This document shows, piece by piece, positions 37,947 to 47,207 of a stretch of DNA of 64,000 nucleotides; the first letter of the stretch is position 1; each line of letters begins with the position of its first letter. Both the position numbers and the translations under genes were made by a program. The stretch lies in contig CAVRCF010000002.1 in NCBI GenBank assembly GCA_963719505.1, positions 160,001-224,000 on the forward strand. Reading direction: 5' to 3'. Under the pieces are notes generated by a model. The model was given only the letters and a program-made list of their open reading frames with translations, was not told where the DNA came from and did no database searches. Source of the stretch: Halobacteriovoraceae bacterium. GTDB taxonomy: Bacteria; Bdellovibrionota; Bacteriovoracia; Bacteriovoracales; Bacteriovoracaceae.

Positions 37947-39172
37947 ATGTATGCACGTATTGTGTTAGTATTAGTACTTTCGAGTAGTACCTTACTTTCT
38001 GCTGAAAAATGTAACATCGAAAATATTAAAGACTTCTATGATAGAGTTAAAACTAGAGGACCTCTCTTAAATGAAGCAATTAAGAAGAAAGGAAGAAGTG
38101 TCTTCTAGTGTAGATGTTGCGAGTCAAAGGCCAAATCCAGAACTTGATCTAGAGTATCTTAAAAGGCGATGAGTTTGGATTAGATGTTAACACTGTCTCT
38201 TTGACTGCTAAGCATGTCATTGAATTTGGTTCAAAAAGAGATAAAAGAATCTCCAAAGCTAAAAACTACACTCAAGCTTAGAAATGCACAGATTGAAATG
38301 TCCCTTTTTAATTCTAACTTAAATGCCTCTATAGATTATCAGAGAGTTGCTCAGCTAAACGTAACAATTGCATCTGTAAAAGAAGCTATTCAGACATTTG
38401 ATAAAATCATTCGAAAGTTATCATCACGAAAAAGATTAAACCCCGAAGAAACAGTCTCGCTCTCAACTCTTCGCTTAGCTTCAAATGATTATAAAGCTCA
38501 GCTAAATGATTTAGAAAACGAAAAGACCTTACTCGTTGGTAAAATAAACTTTTTGTCAAGTTGTTCTAAAGTCAACCCTAAGTATTACTACTTAAAATTT
38601 AATAAGATTGAACTCAACTCAGTTGAGCACCAAGAAATGCGGATTATTGAATTTAGAGGATTTAAAAGTTGACTTAGAATTGGGAGAGCTAGATGTTCAA
38701 AGATCACTAGGGTATTCAAATATTTCTGTTGGACCAACAGTTCAATATCAAGGTCAGGGAAATGATGAATTTATCTCTGCGGGTGTTGCACTAACTTTTG
38801 ATTTACCAATATTTCAAACAAATGATGGTGGAAAACTTAAATGCTTTAAAAAAGTTATCTGCTCAAAAATTAGAATCTGAAAATGAAAAGAGGATGTTAA
38901 GAATTGAGAAGTTGAACCTAATAGAGAAATTCAAGAGATCTTTAAATACATTATCAAGGATGCCTAAGCTTGATGAAATAGAGTCTGAGCATAGAAAAGT
39001 TGAAAAACTCTTTTCGAGAGGTGTTGTATCAATCTCTATGACTATAGAGTCGCATCGGCAACAAATAGAATTTTTAAAATCACGTTTTGAAACAGAAAAT
39101 GATGTTTTAAGCACATACGGAAAAATAATATTAATAGATGGAAATATATCAGCTTTTGAAGAGCTATTATAA
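37947..39172 (+). pseudogene. czcC: TolC/CzcC-family outer membrane factor broken by about five +1 frameshifts (possibly sequencing artefact)
   Basis: Joined frames give signal peptide, QRPNPEL, IEFGSKRDKR, SNISVGP, FDLPIFQTN; shifts near 38089, 38163, 38263, ~38625 and ~38840. Confidence 0.72.
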
Positions 39173-39184
39173 TTAGGAGTTTTT

Positions 39185-39826
39185 ATGAAATTATTAGCAT
39201 TACTTACACTTACCATTTCTCTTTTCTCATGCAGTAAAAATGGAGATGGTCGAATTGCAGAGCAAGAAGATATCAGAGCTAGAGAGCAAGTCGAAGCCCA
39301 GAATGAGAACCAAGAGAATTGGTCGAGAAAAATGGAGAAAGACCTCAATGAAAGAAAGCATTTTATTAAGGCCATTGAAGGAGTATTTTCTGGGGAGCTA
39401 ACTGTAGAAAATATTGATTTCGATATTAAAGCAGAAATAGCTTCAAGTATTCCAATTGTTTTTTCTGATAGATCTCGAACATTAGATGAAATTAATTATG
39501 AACTTGAGAATTTGGCATTAAACTTACATATCAAGCTTGAAAACCCTAGAGTTCCTAATAGTGCAGTAAGTTGTACTATTGAAGGCTACAAACCAGATGT
39601 AGAAAAAGGTTTAATAAAAATCATTTCAGAGTCTTGTCGAAATATATTTAAACTATTTTTATCTGATGACTTAGCAAACACAGAGCCTGTTGTTGTCAGT
39701 AATAGAGCTACTGAGCTTGCAAGAAGTGCTAGCCAAAATGAAATCACTCAAATTGATATTTTAAGTGGCTCATTTGAATCAAGCGTCAGTACTACTGAAT
39801 ACCAATTTAAGTTACAAAGGAATTAG
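39185..39826 (+). CDS. Hypothetical lipoprotein
   Basis: Lipobox LFSC; AGGAG RBS; inside the RND operon. Confidence 0.75.
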   Translation: MKLLALLTLTISLFSCSKNGDGRIAEQEDIRAREQVEAQNENQENWSRKMEKDLNERKHFIKAIEGVFSGELTVENIDFDIKAEIASSIPIVFSDRSRTLDEINYELENLALNLHIKLENPRVPNSAVSCTIEGYKPDVEKGLIKIISESCRNIFKLFLSDDLANTEPVVVSNRATELARSASQNEITQIDILSGSFESSVSTTEYQFKLQRN

Positions 39827-39828
39827 AA

Positions 39829-41082
39829 ATGAAAATATTATCAATAATATCATTTATCTTTATTATTTCCTTCGCTCAAGCTGAGGAAAAGACTGTTACT
39901 TTGGAAGACGTAGCATCAGCGGTAAAAAAGTCTAATTTTACTGTAGTTGAAAATGCAGAAAGAGTTTATCAAGCTAGAGAGACTATCGCTTTTAGTAAAA
40001 GAAACCTTCTACCTCGATTAAACTTTTGGAACATTTTAAAAGTCGCTATCGATCCACTATCGGCTATTGATATAGTTCAGGATATAGCTCCATTTTTAGT
40101 TCCTAATAACTGGTTCAGAGTTTCACAAAACAAGCTATTTTATCTTGCAAAAAAGGAACAGTACAGAGCTCTATGGGCCAATGAGGTTATGACGGCTAAA
40201 CTTCTTTATGTAAATACATTAAGAGATATGGATTTCATGAAACTGCTCAAAACTCAAAAAGAACAAATTGATGAGCTTGTAGAGATTGTTAAAACAAGAG
40301 CTGTTTTTGGAGATGTACCTGCGCAAGTATTGAATTTTCTCAAAATTAGAAAGATGGAAGTTGAAGAGGATATTAGGTCTTTGGACACCATTATCTTTGC
40401 TGAGACTAAAGCTATCTCTTTGATGATTGGAGTTCCACAGGAAATAGAATTGATTTTAAATAATATACAGCTTCCTAGAGTTGAAGAATTAGATGAGATC
40501 AGCTTCGATACATTCATTTTTAGAGCACTTGATAATGCACCTGAGCTTAATCAATATAAATACATCAAAGAATCTCTTCGATTCATTAGAAAAGAAGCAT
40601 ATTTTTCTTTTATGGGGTCATCAACAACGGCAAGAGCAGCTGGAGGAGGAGTATTTAATAATATTCCAATTCAAGATGGCTTTGGTTTTGGACTTGGAAG
40701 TACTATAAGGATTGCAAAATCTGAATCTCGTATATTAGATATTAATGCTAAAGCGACTAAAGAGGTTATCAAGAAGAATTTGTATAATTTAGTCTATAAT
40801 TTCAATTCTTATATTCAAAACATCGAAAATCAAAATGAGCGCTTTACTTTGGCAGAGAACAATTATGAAACTCTAAGGACTCAACTTGTTCTCGGTATGA
40901 ATCTTGATCCAATACAAATGCTAACTACAATCGACAATCTTTTTGATGCTTCTTTATCAAGTGTTAATTATAAGTATGAAGTTGTGAATACTATTGAAAA
41001 ATTAAAAAGATCAATTTTTAATGGTGACTATTCCAAAAAAGAGGGAATGTTAGAGTCTGTGATTTTAGGAGAAGTTAAATGA
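39829..41082 (+). CDS. TolC-family outer membrane efflux-like protein
   Basis: Signal peptide; VTLED...NLLPRLN; long helical repeats typical of the OEP fold. Confidence 0.65.
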   Translation: MKILSIISFIFIISFAQAEEKTVTLEDVASAVKKSNFTVVENAERVYQARETIAFSKRNLLPRLNFWNILKVAIDPLSAIDIVQDIAPFLVPNNWFRVSQNKLFYLAKKEQYRALWANEVMTAKLLYVNTLRDMDFMKLLKTQKEQIDELVEIVKTRAVFGDVPAQVLNFLKIRKMEVEEDIRSLDTIIFAETKAISLMIGVPQEIELILNNIQLPRVEELDEISFDTFIFRALDNAPELNQYKYIKESLRFIRKEAYFSFMGSSTTARAAGGGVFNNIPIQDGFGFGLGSTIRIAKSESRILDINAKATKEVIKKNLYNLVYNFNSYIQNIENQNERFTLAENNYETLRTQLVLGMNLDPIQMLTTIDNLFDASLSSVNYKYEVVNTIEKLKRSIFNGDYSKKEGMLESVILGEVK

Positions 41083-41552
41083 AGTATATATTATTATTAG
41101 TATTTGTCTTAGGGTTCAGTTCTTGTCGATATCAGACAACATTTTCTAATCTACAAGATTTAAAAAAATCTAAAGAGAAGGTTGAGCTAATCTCTAGTCA
41201 AGATCTAAATACAGAAAACCAAGAGATATTGAGAAATTATTTCTCTCAAATTAAAAGTATTACCTATGAATATTTAAATGATTCTAAAATGCAACAATAC
41301 ACTCATCGAAAATTCGCAAGATACTTTCAAGAGTCCCTTTGTAATGAAATTCTTCTCGATATAAAAACACTTAACGAGATAAACTCTAAATGTAATGTGA
41401 ATAGCTTCTACATTTGTTCTGAAGAGGTAAGGTCTTATGTTTCAATCTTAAAAAAGGCCAAAACACTTCTGAGTGAGTATGAAACAGAGAGAGTTGAAGC
41501 AAGTAAAAGCTGTAAAGATAAACTCATTGGTTTAGGAGTTATTAATGAATAA
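41079..41552 (+). CDS. Hypothetical lipoprotein with several Cys
   Basis: Lipobox FSSC; overlaps both neighbouring genes. Confidence 0.72.
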   Translation: MKYILLLVFVLGFSSCRYQTTFSNLQDLKKSKEKVELISSQDLNTENQEILRNYFSQIKSITYEYLNDSKMQQYTHRKFARYFQESLCNEILLDIKTLNEINSKCNVNSFYICSEEVRSYVSILKKAKTLLSEYETERVEASKSCKDKLIGLGVINE

Positions 41553-42174
41553 GATAAGCCTAATACTAATTTTAATGCTTACTATTGGGACAACTTTTGC
41601 CAATGAATCTAGTGAAAAAAGTAAAGATCACTCTTCTCACGATCATGGAGAGGAGACTAAAAGTAAAGTAAAGAAAAAGAAGCATGATGATCACGACTCC
41701 CATAGTGATCACTCAAAGCATGAAGGTGAAGACTCTCATGATGATCACTCGGATCATGATGACCTTGAAGGTAAAGGTGCACACTCAGATCACGATGACC
41801 ATGATGATCATGGTGGTGGAAAGGCAATCGGCAAAGGAAAGGCTATTGAGTCAGTAGATGAAAAGAAAGGATTTAAACTGTCTAAAGAGGCGATTAAAAC
41901 ATTAGAGCTTAAGTTACAGACTGTTGATGGTGATGAATTCACTATTACTAAAACAACTCTAGTAACGTCCAAGTCTGTAAAAGGCTTATATCGGTTCCGT
42001 GGTGGTTTCTTTAAGTTTATGACGGTTAAGCTTTTAAAAGAAGTTGATGGTAAATACCTTGTTAAGGTGAGTGGCGTTGAGTTTGGTGATCAGATTGTAA
42101 CTAATGGAACAGGTCTGTTGAGAGTTACAGACGTTTACTCTACCGATACTTCAGAATACGGTCATTCTCACTAG
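41545..42174 (+). CDS. His-rich periplasmic protein with partial RND adaptor-like C-terminus
   Basis: Signal peptide, long His/Asp tract, C-terminal GVEFGDQIVTNG...GHSH resembling CzcB C-termini. Confidence 0.7.
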   Translation: MNKISLILILMLTIGTTFANESSEKSKDHSSHDHGEETKSKVKKKKHDDHDSHSDHSKHEGEDSHDDHSDHDDLEGKGAHSDHDDHDDHGGGKAIGKGKAIESVDEKKGFKLSKEAIKTLELKLQTVDGDEFTITKTTLVTSKSVKGLYRFRGGFFKFMTVKLLKEVDGKYLVKVSGVEFGDQIVTNGTGLLRVTDVYSTDTSEYGHSH

Positions 42175-42182
42175 GATTATTA

Positions 42183-45100
42183 ATGATAAATAAAATTATA
42201 CAGTTCTCAGTTAATAGTCGAATGTTCATTTTTATGGCTACGCTTGTTTTGCTTATCTTTGGTTATCGATCTTTTCAAACTTTATCTATAGATGCTGTTC
42301 CAGATATAACCAACACTCAGGTTCAAATCAATACTCCAGTAAAAGGACTTGTCCCTGAAGAAATAGAAAGAATGGTTACATTTCCACTTGAGTATTCAAT
42401 GAACGGTATTCCTGGAGTTGAAACTATCCGCTCAATTTCAAGATTTGGAATTTCACAAGTTACAATCATATTTAAAGAAGATGTTAATATACTAACAGCG
42501 AGACAATTAGTTAGTGAAAAACTACAAAACGTTAATTTACCTGAGGGAGTTGTCCCTGAGATGGGACCAATTAGTACTGGACTTGGAGAAATCTTTCATT
42601 ATTCAGTAACAGCTCGAAATGTAGAAACAGATTCTCAAAAGCGTCTAGTTCAACTTATGGAACTTAGGTCATTGCAAGATTGGTTTATTAAGCCTCGGTT
42701 ATTAACAGTTAAAGGTGTTACTGAAGTTAATACAATCGGTGGATATGAGAAGCAATTTTTTATTCAGCCAAATATTAAAAAGATGACTAAATTTGGTCTT
42801 CATTTTGATGATATTGAACAAGCTATTGAACAAACAAATATTAATGTCGGTGGTGGATATATCCAGCAAACTGGAGAGCAGCTTCTTGTTAGAGGTGTTG
42901 GTCTATTACAAAAATTTGAAGATATTGAAAAAGTCGTTGTTAAAAGACTTTCAGATTATCAAGTTATAAAAATTAAAGATATTGCACAAGTTAAATACGA
43001 TAAGCAAATTCGAACAGGAGCTGCTACTGTTAACGGTGAAGAAAGTATTATCGGTACCGCCTTTATGCTTCTTGGTGAAAACAGTAGAACTGTCTCTGAT
43101 GATGTAAACACTAAGCTGATGCAAATTCAAAAAGACTTACCGTCTTGGGTTAAGCTTGATGTCCTCTATAATAGATCTGATATGGTTGATGCGACACTAG
43201 GAACAGTTCAACATAATCTTTTTATGGGGGCTGGATTAGTTATACTTTTTCTTCTTTTATTGGTTGGTAATCTTAGAGCTGCAATAATCACATCAATCAT
43301 TATTCCTATTTCGTTGTTGATAACTTTTATTCTTATGAAATGGCAAAATGTTTCTGGAAACCTTATGAGTTTAGGAGCTTTAGACTTTGGTATTATTGTT
43401 GATGGTGCTGTTATTGTTATTGAGAACTGTGTTCATAAATTACAAAAAGAAGGTAAGAGACTTGGTAGAGAACTTACTCGTCAGGAAGTGAAAAATTATG
43501 TCACTGAAGCCGCTATTGAAATTAGATCAGCAGCGGGATTTGGTGAGTTAATTGTTATCATCGTTTTTGTTCCTCTTTTTGCACTGACGGGGGTTGAAGG
43601 TAAAATGTTTGGACCTATGGCACAAACTTTCATTATGGCTCTATGTTCAGCATTAGTACTATCGTTTACTCTAGTACCTGCTTTAGCGGCAACATTTCTA
43701 AGCGGGAAAACGAAAGATAAGAAACCATATCTTATGAATCTAGCTGAACAAGCATTTAGTCCTGTTCTTAACAAAGCTTTAGCATTCAAAAAAATTGTTC
43801 TAGGAATTGGGGTTGCTTCAATTCTTGGAGGTGTATTTCTTTTTTCTCAAATGGGATCAGAGTTTATTCCGCAGTTAGATGAAGGTGACTTTGCACTTCA
43901 ATTTATAAGGCCTGCTAATATCAGTACAGAGAACTCCGTTAAATTACAAATGCTTTCAGAGAAAGTTGTAAGTGAATTTCCGCAAGTAAAGAATGTATTT
44001 GCTAGAACTGGAGCAGCTGAAGTCGCAACAGATCCAATGGGAGTGAACATCTCTGATTCTTACGTAATGCTTCAGAAGCGTGATGACTGGCCTGATGATG
44101 ATAATATTCAAACAAAACAAGATTTGATTAAAGCTATTAAAGAAAAAATAGAACTTTACGTTCCAGCACAGGTTCTTATGGTCTCTCAACCAGTTGAGCT
44201 TCGGTTTAACGAGCTTCTTGAAGGAACTAGAGCAGATGTTTCTGCTAAAGTATTTGGAGATGATCTAGATAAAATTATTGGCTATTCTAAGCAGGTTGCT
44301 CAAATTGTAGGGGAAATTGAGGGAGCTGGCGAAGTTGAATCTGAATCTAAGGGGAAATCTCCAATGATTCAATATAATCCTAAGATTGAAGAGTTAGCTC
44401 AATTAGGGGTTACTGCTAGACCAGTTTTAGATGCGATCAGTACTGCTATTGGTGGTAAAGAAATAGGTCATGTCTACGATGGAGTGAAAAAATTTCCAAT
44501 TGTTACTAGACTATCCGAAGAAGAGAGAAAAGATGTATTTACGATTAGCCAACTTCCTGTTGGTATCTCTGAAGGATATACTGTTCCAATTGAACAAGTT
44601 GCAGATATTAACTTTGTAGAAACATTTACGGCTGTTGCTAGAGAAAATTCGCAAAGAAGAGTCGCTGTTCTTATTAACCCAGAAACTAGAGATATAGAGA
44701 CATTTGTTAACACTGCTAAAAAGCTTGTTGATGAAAAAATTGACCTTCCTGAGGGGTATTATGTTGAGTGGGGTGGAAGCTTTAAGAATCTTCAAAGTGC
44801 TAAAGAGCGATTAGCCATTTTGGTTCCTCTTGCAATGCTTATTATTATTGGAATGCTTTATGCTGCTTTTAAAAACTTTGCTCAAGTTATATTGATTTTT
44901 GCATGTGCTCCTATGGCTCTTATCGGAGGGGTAATATCTTTAAATTTATTGGGACTACCATTTAGTATCTCTGCTGGAGTAGGTTTTATTGCTTTATCTG
45001 GAATTAGTATTTTGAATGGAGTCGTACTAGTGACCTATTTTAATCGTTTGATAGCTGATGGAAAAAGCCCTGACGATGTCGTTAGAGAAGGGGCAATGTC

Positions 45101-45323
45101 TAGGCTAAGACCAGTTTTAATGACTGCCTTAACGGATATTTTTGGATTTCTTCCAATGATGTTTTCATCAGGATTGGGAGCAGAGGTTCAGAAGCCTTTA
45201 GCAACAGTTGTCGTTGGAGGTATTTTTACCGCTACGATCTTAACTCTAATAGTGATTCCATCTCTTTACAGATTGTTTATTAAACATATGCAACCATCTT
45301 TAGAGTTAAAGAAAAGTTTATAA
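42183..45323 (+). CDS. czcA: Heavy-metal efflux RND transporter, CzcA type
   Basis: DAVPDITNTQVQ, GALDFGIIVDGAVIVIEN, RLRPVLMT, GAEVQKPLA. Confidence 0.93.
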   Translation: MINKIIQFSVNSRMFIFMATLVLLIFGYRSFQTLSIDAVPDITNTQVQINTPVKGLVPEEIERMVTFPLEYSMNGIPGVETIRSISRFGISQVTIIFKEDVNILTARQLVSEKLQNVNLPEGVVPEMGPISTGLGEIFHYSVTARNVETDSQKRLVQLMELRSLQDWFIKPRLLTVKGVTEVNTIGGYEKQFFIQPNIKKMTKFGLHFDDIEQAIEQTNINVGGGYIQQTGEQLLVRGVGLLQKFEDIEKVVVKRLSDYQVIKIKDIAQVKYDKQIRTGAATVNGEESIIGTAFMLLGENSRTVSDDVNTKLMQIQKDLPSWVKLDVLYNRSDMVDATLGTVQHNLFMGAGLVILFLLLLVGNLRAAIITSIIIPISLLITFILMKWQNVSGNLMSLGALDFGIIVDGAVIVIENCVHKLQKEGKRLGRELTRQEVKNYVTEAAIEIRSAAGFGELIVIIVFVPLFALTGVEGKMFGPMAQTFIMALCSALVLSFTLVPALAATFLSGKTKDKKPYLMNLAEQAFSPVLNKALAFKKIVLGIGVASILGGVFLFSQMGSEFIPQLDEGDFALQFIRPANISTENSVKLQMLSEKVVSEFPQVKNVFARTGAAEVATDPMGVNISDSYVMLQKRDDWPDDDNIQTKQDLIKAIKEKIELYVPAQVLMVSQPVELRFNELLEGTRADVSAKVFGDDLDKIIGYSKQVAQIVGEIEGAGEVESESKGKSPMIQYNPKIEELAQLGVTARPVLDAISTAIGGKEIGHVYDGVKKFPIVTRLSEEERKDVFTISQLPVGISEGYTVPIEQVADINFVETFTAVARENSQRRVAVLINPETRDIETFVNTAKKLVDEKIDLPEGYYVEWGGSFKNLQSAKERLAILVPLAMLIIIGMLYAAFKNFAQVILIFACAPMALIGGVISLNLLGLPFSISAGVGFIALSGISILNGVVLVTYFNRLIADGKSPDDVVREGAMSRLRPVLMTALTDIFGFLPMMFSSGLGAEVQKPLATVVVGGIFTATILTLIVIPSLYRLFIKHMQPSLELKKSL

Positions 45324-45357
45324 ATAAAGTTAGTAACTAATTATAAGGAGTAATATA

Positions 45358-45687
45358 ATGAAGCTATTGTTAATCAGTATTTTAAGTATGTTTTTGTTAT
45401 CATCGTGTGCCCATCATCATAAAGATGTAGAGCACCATCATCACAAATCATGTGATGCGAATTGTAAGATTCAACATGAAAAAGGTGAGATGTTTGAAAA
45501 GCATTGTGCTCAATCTGTTGCGGAAGGGGATCTACATGTAAAGGGGAGTGATGAGTACAAAATCAGCCATGGCGATGAAATCTACTACTTTTCTACAGAG
45601 AAAAAATTGAAAGAATTTAAAAAACACTTAACTAAAAATGCCAAGAACGCTAGACAAAATTGGGATGCAGGGTCATCTAGAAGGTAA
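45358..45687 (+). CDS. His-rich lipoprotein with YHS-like domain
   Basis: Lipobox LSSC, HHH tracts, HGDEIYYFSTE; paralog of 58064-58390. Confidence 0.75.
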   Translation: MKLLLISILSMFLLSSCAHHHKDVEHHHHKSCDANCKIQHEKGEMFEKHCAQSVAEGDLHVKGSDEYKISHGDEIYYFSTEKKLKEFKKHLTKNAKNARQNWDAGSSRR

Positions 45688-45689
45688 TT

Positions 45690-46559
45690 ATGGGACACGA
45701 CCATTCACATGGACAAGACTCTAAGAATATTTTAGTCGCATTCGCTTTGAATGCGACATTTTCAATCATTGAACTAATTGGTGGGTATCTCACGAATAGT
45801 GTCGCAATCTATTCAGATGCTCTTCATGACTTTGGAGATAGCTTAGCTCTATTATTTTCATACTTCGCTGAGAAATTAAGTCATAAAGGTGCTGATGAGA
45901 AGTTTACTTTTGGCTATAGACGTTTTTCTATTTTATCAGCTCTTGTAAACGGTATTATTCTTCTTGGAGGAAGCGTCTTTGTTATTATTGAAGCCGTTAA
46001 AAGAGTAATGAATCCTGAGGTCGTTAAACCAGAGGGCATGCTTTGGCTTGCAATCTTAGGAATTGTCGTAAACTCAGTCGCAGCTTATAGAATGTCTAAG
46101 AATAAAGGTGTTAACCCTAGGATGGTTATGCTCCATTTACTTGAGGATCTGTATGGGTGGGTTGCTGTATTAGCAGTCAGCATCATTTTAATGTATAAAC
46201 CTTGGTATTTCTTAGATTCAGCTCTATCAATCTTAATCTCTTTTGTTATTCTTCGGGGAGTTTATAAGAATTTAAAGAAAGTAGCTCTCATTTTTCTTCA
46301 AAAATTTCCAGAAGAAATTGATTTAGATGATATTAAAGATAAAATTTTAAAATTAAAACCAGTCGAAGATGTTCATGCCATAAAGGGACTATCCTTAGAT
46401 GGTGAAAGCTTTTATTTGAGATGTCATATCAAAGTCGCAAGTAATACTTCAATTAATTTGCTCGACAGTTTAAGAAGTGAAATAAAGGTACTATTAAAGG
46501 AAAAGAATATTTCCTGTTCTACGTTGGAGTTTGAATCATCAAGATGTAATGAAAATTGA
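45690..46559 (+). CDS. czcD: Cation diffusion facilitator (CzcD/ZitB-like)
   Basis: GHDHSH, SDALHD, TFGYRR, HLLED motifs. Confidence 0.88.
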   Translation: MGHDHSHGQDSKNILVAFALNATFSIIELIGGYLTNSVAIYSDALHDFGDSLALLFSYFAEKLSHKGADEKFTFGYRRFSILSALVNGIILLGGSVFVIIEAVKRVMNPEVVKPEGMLWLAILGIVVNSVAAYRMSKNKGVNPRMVMLHLLEDLYGWVAVLAVSIILMYKPWYFLDSALSILISFVILRGVYKNLKKVALIFLQKFPEEIDLDDIKDKILKLKPVEDVHAIKGLSLDGESFYLRCHIKVASNTSINLLDSLRSEIKVLLKEKNISCSTLEFESSRCNEN

Positions 46560-46673
46560 AAAGTCGATAAGTTCTAATTTCTTTGAAGTATAGATTATAT
46601 TTTGTTAGGCATGCTTGACAAGTTTGTGTCTCTTGTTTTATGTTTGGTTATTCAAACAAATGATAGGGATGCA

Positions 46674-47207
46674 ATGGATTTCCAATTTGAACAATACTGG
46701 AAAGAGTTTAATGATAATGAGTTGTCACACTCTGAAACTCACTATATTTTAGCTTTATACTCTCTACTAAAGACTAAAAAATCCATAAGAGCCGTTGAAC
46801 TTTCAAAAGAATTAGATATTAGTCGGAATGCAGTCTCACTTCAATTAAAAAAACTATCTGAAAAGAACCTAATAAAAGTCTCTGATAATCAAATATCTTT
46901 ACCGGAAAAGACAATTCAATTAATTGAGAAAATAGCGAATAAGCGCCAGACAATGATTGTGTTCTTCTCTGAAGTGCTTGGATTACCCATGTCCATTGCA
47001 GCATCCGATAGTTGTAAGATAGAGCACTTACTATCAGATGAGACGGGAAATTCTTTGCTTAAATTTGTTCAGTTTCTTCGTTCAGACCGTAAAATTGTTT
47101 TAGAATTTCTAAAAGAATTTCAAAAATACTATCTGGATTGTGATCCTGAAATTGGTTGTGGGCTTTGCGAAAATATTCATATAATGGAGAAAAAAAATGA
47201 TAACTAA
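46674..47207 (+). CDS. DtxR/MntR-family metal-dependent transcriptional regulator
   Basis: SETHYILAL, wHTH, SCKIEHLLS; ATG 46674 preferred. Confidence 0.85.
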   Translation: MDFQFEQYWKEFNDNELSHSETHYILALYSLLKTKKSIRAVELSKELDISRNAVSLQLKKLSEKNLIKVSDNQISLPEKTIQLIEKIANKRQTMIVFFSEVLGLPMSIAASDSCKIEHLLSDETGNSLLKFVQFLRSDRKIVLEFLKEFQKYYLDCDPEIGCGLCENIHIMEKKNDN

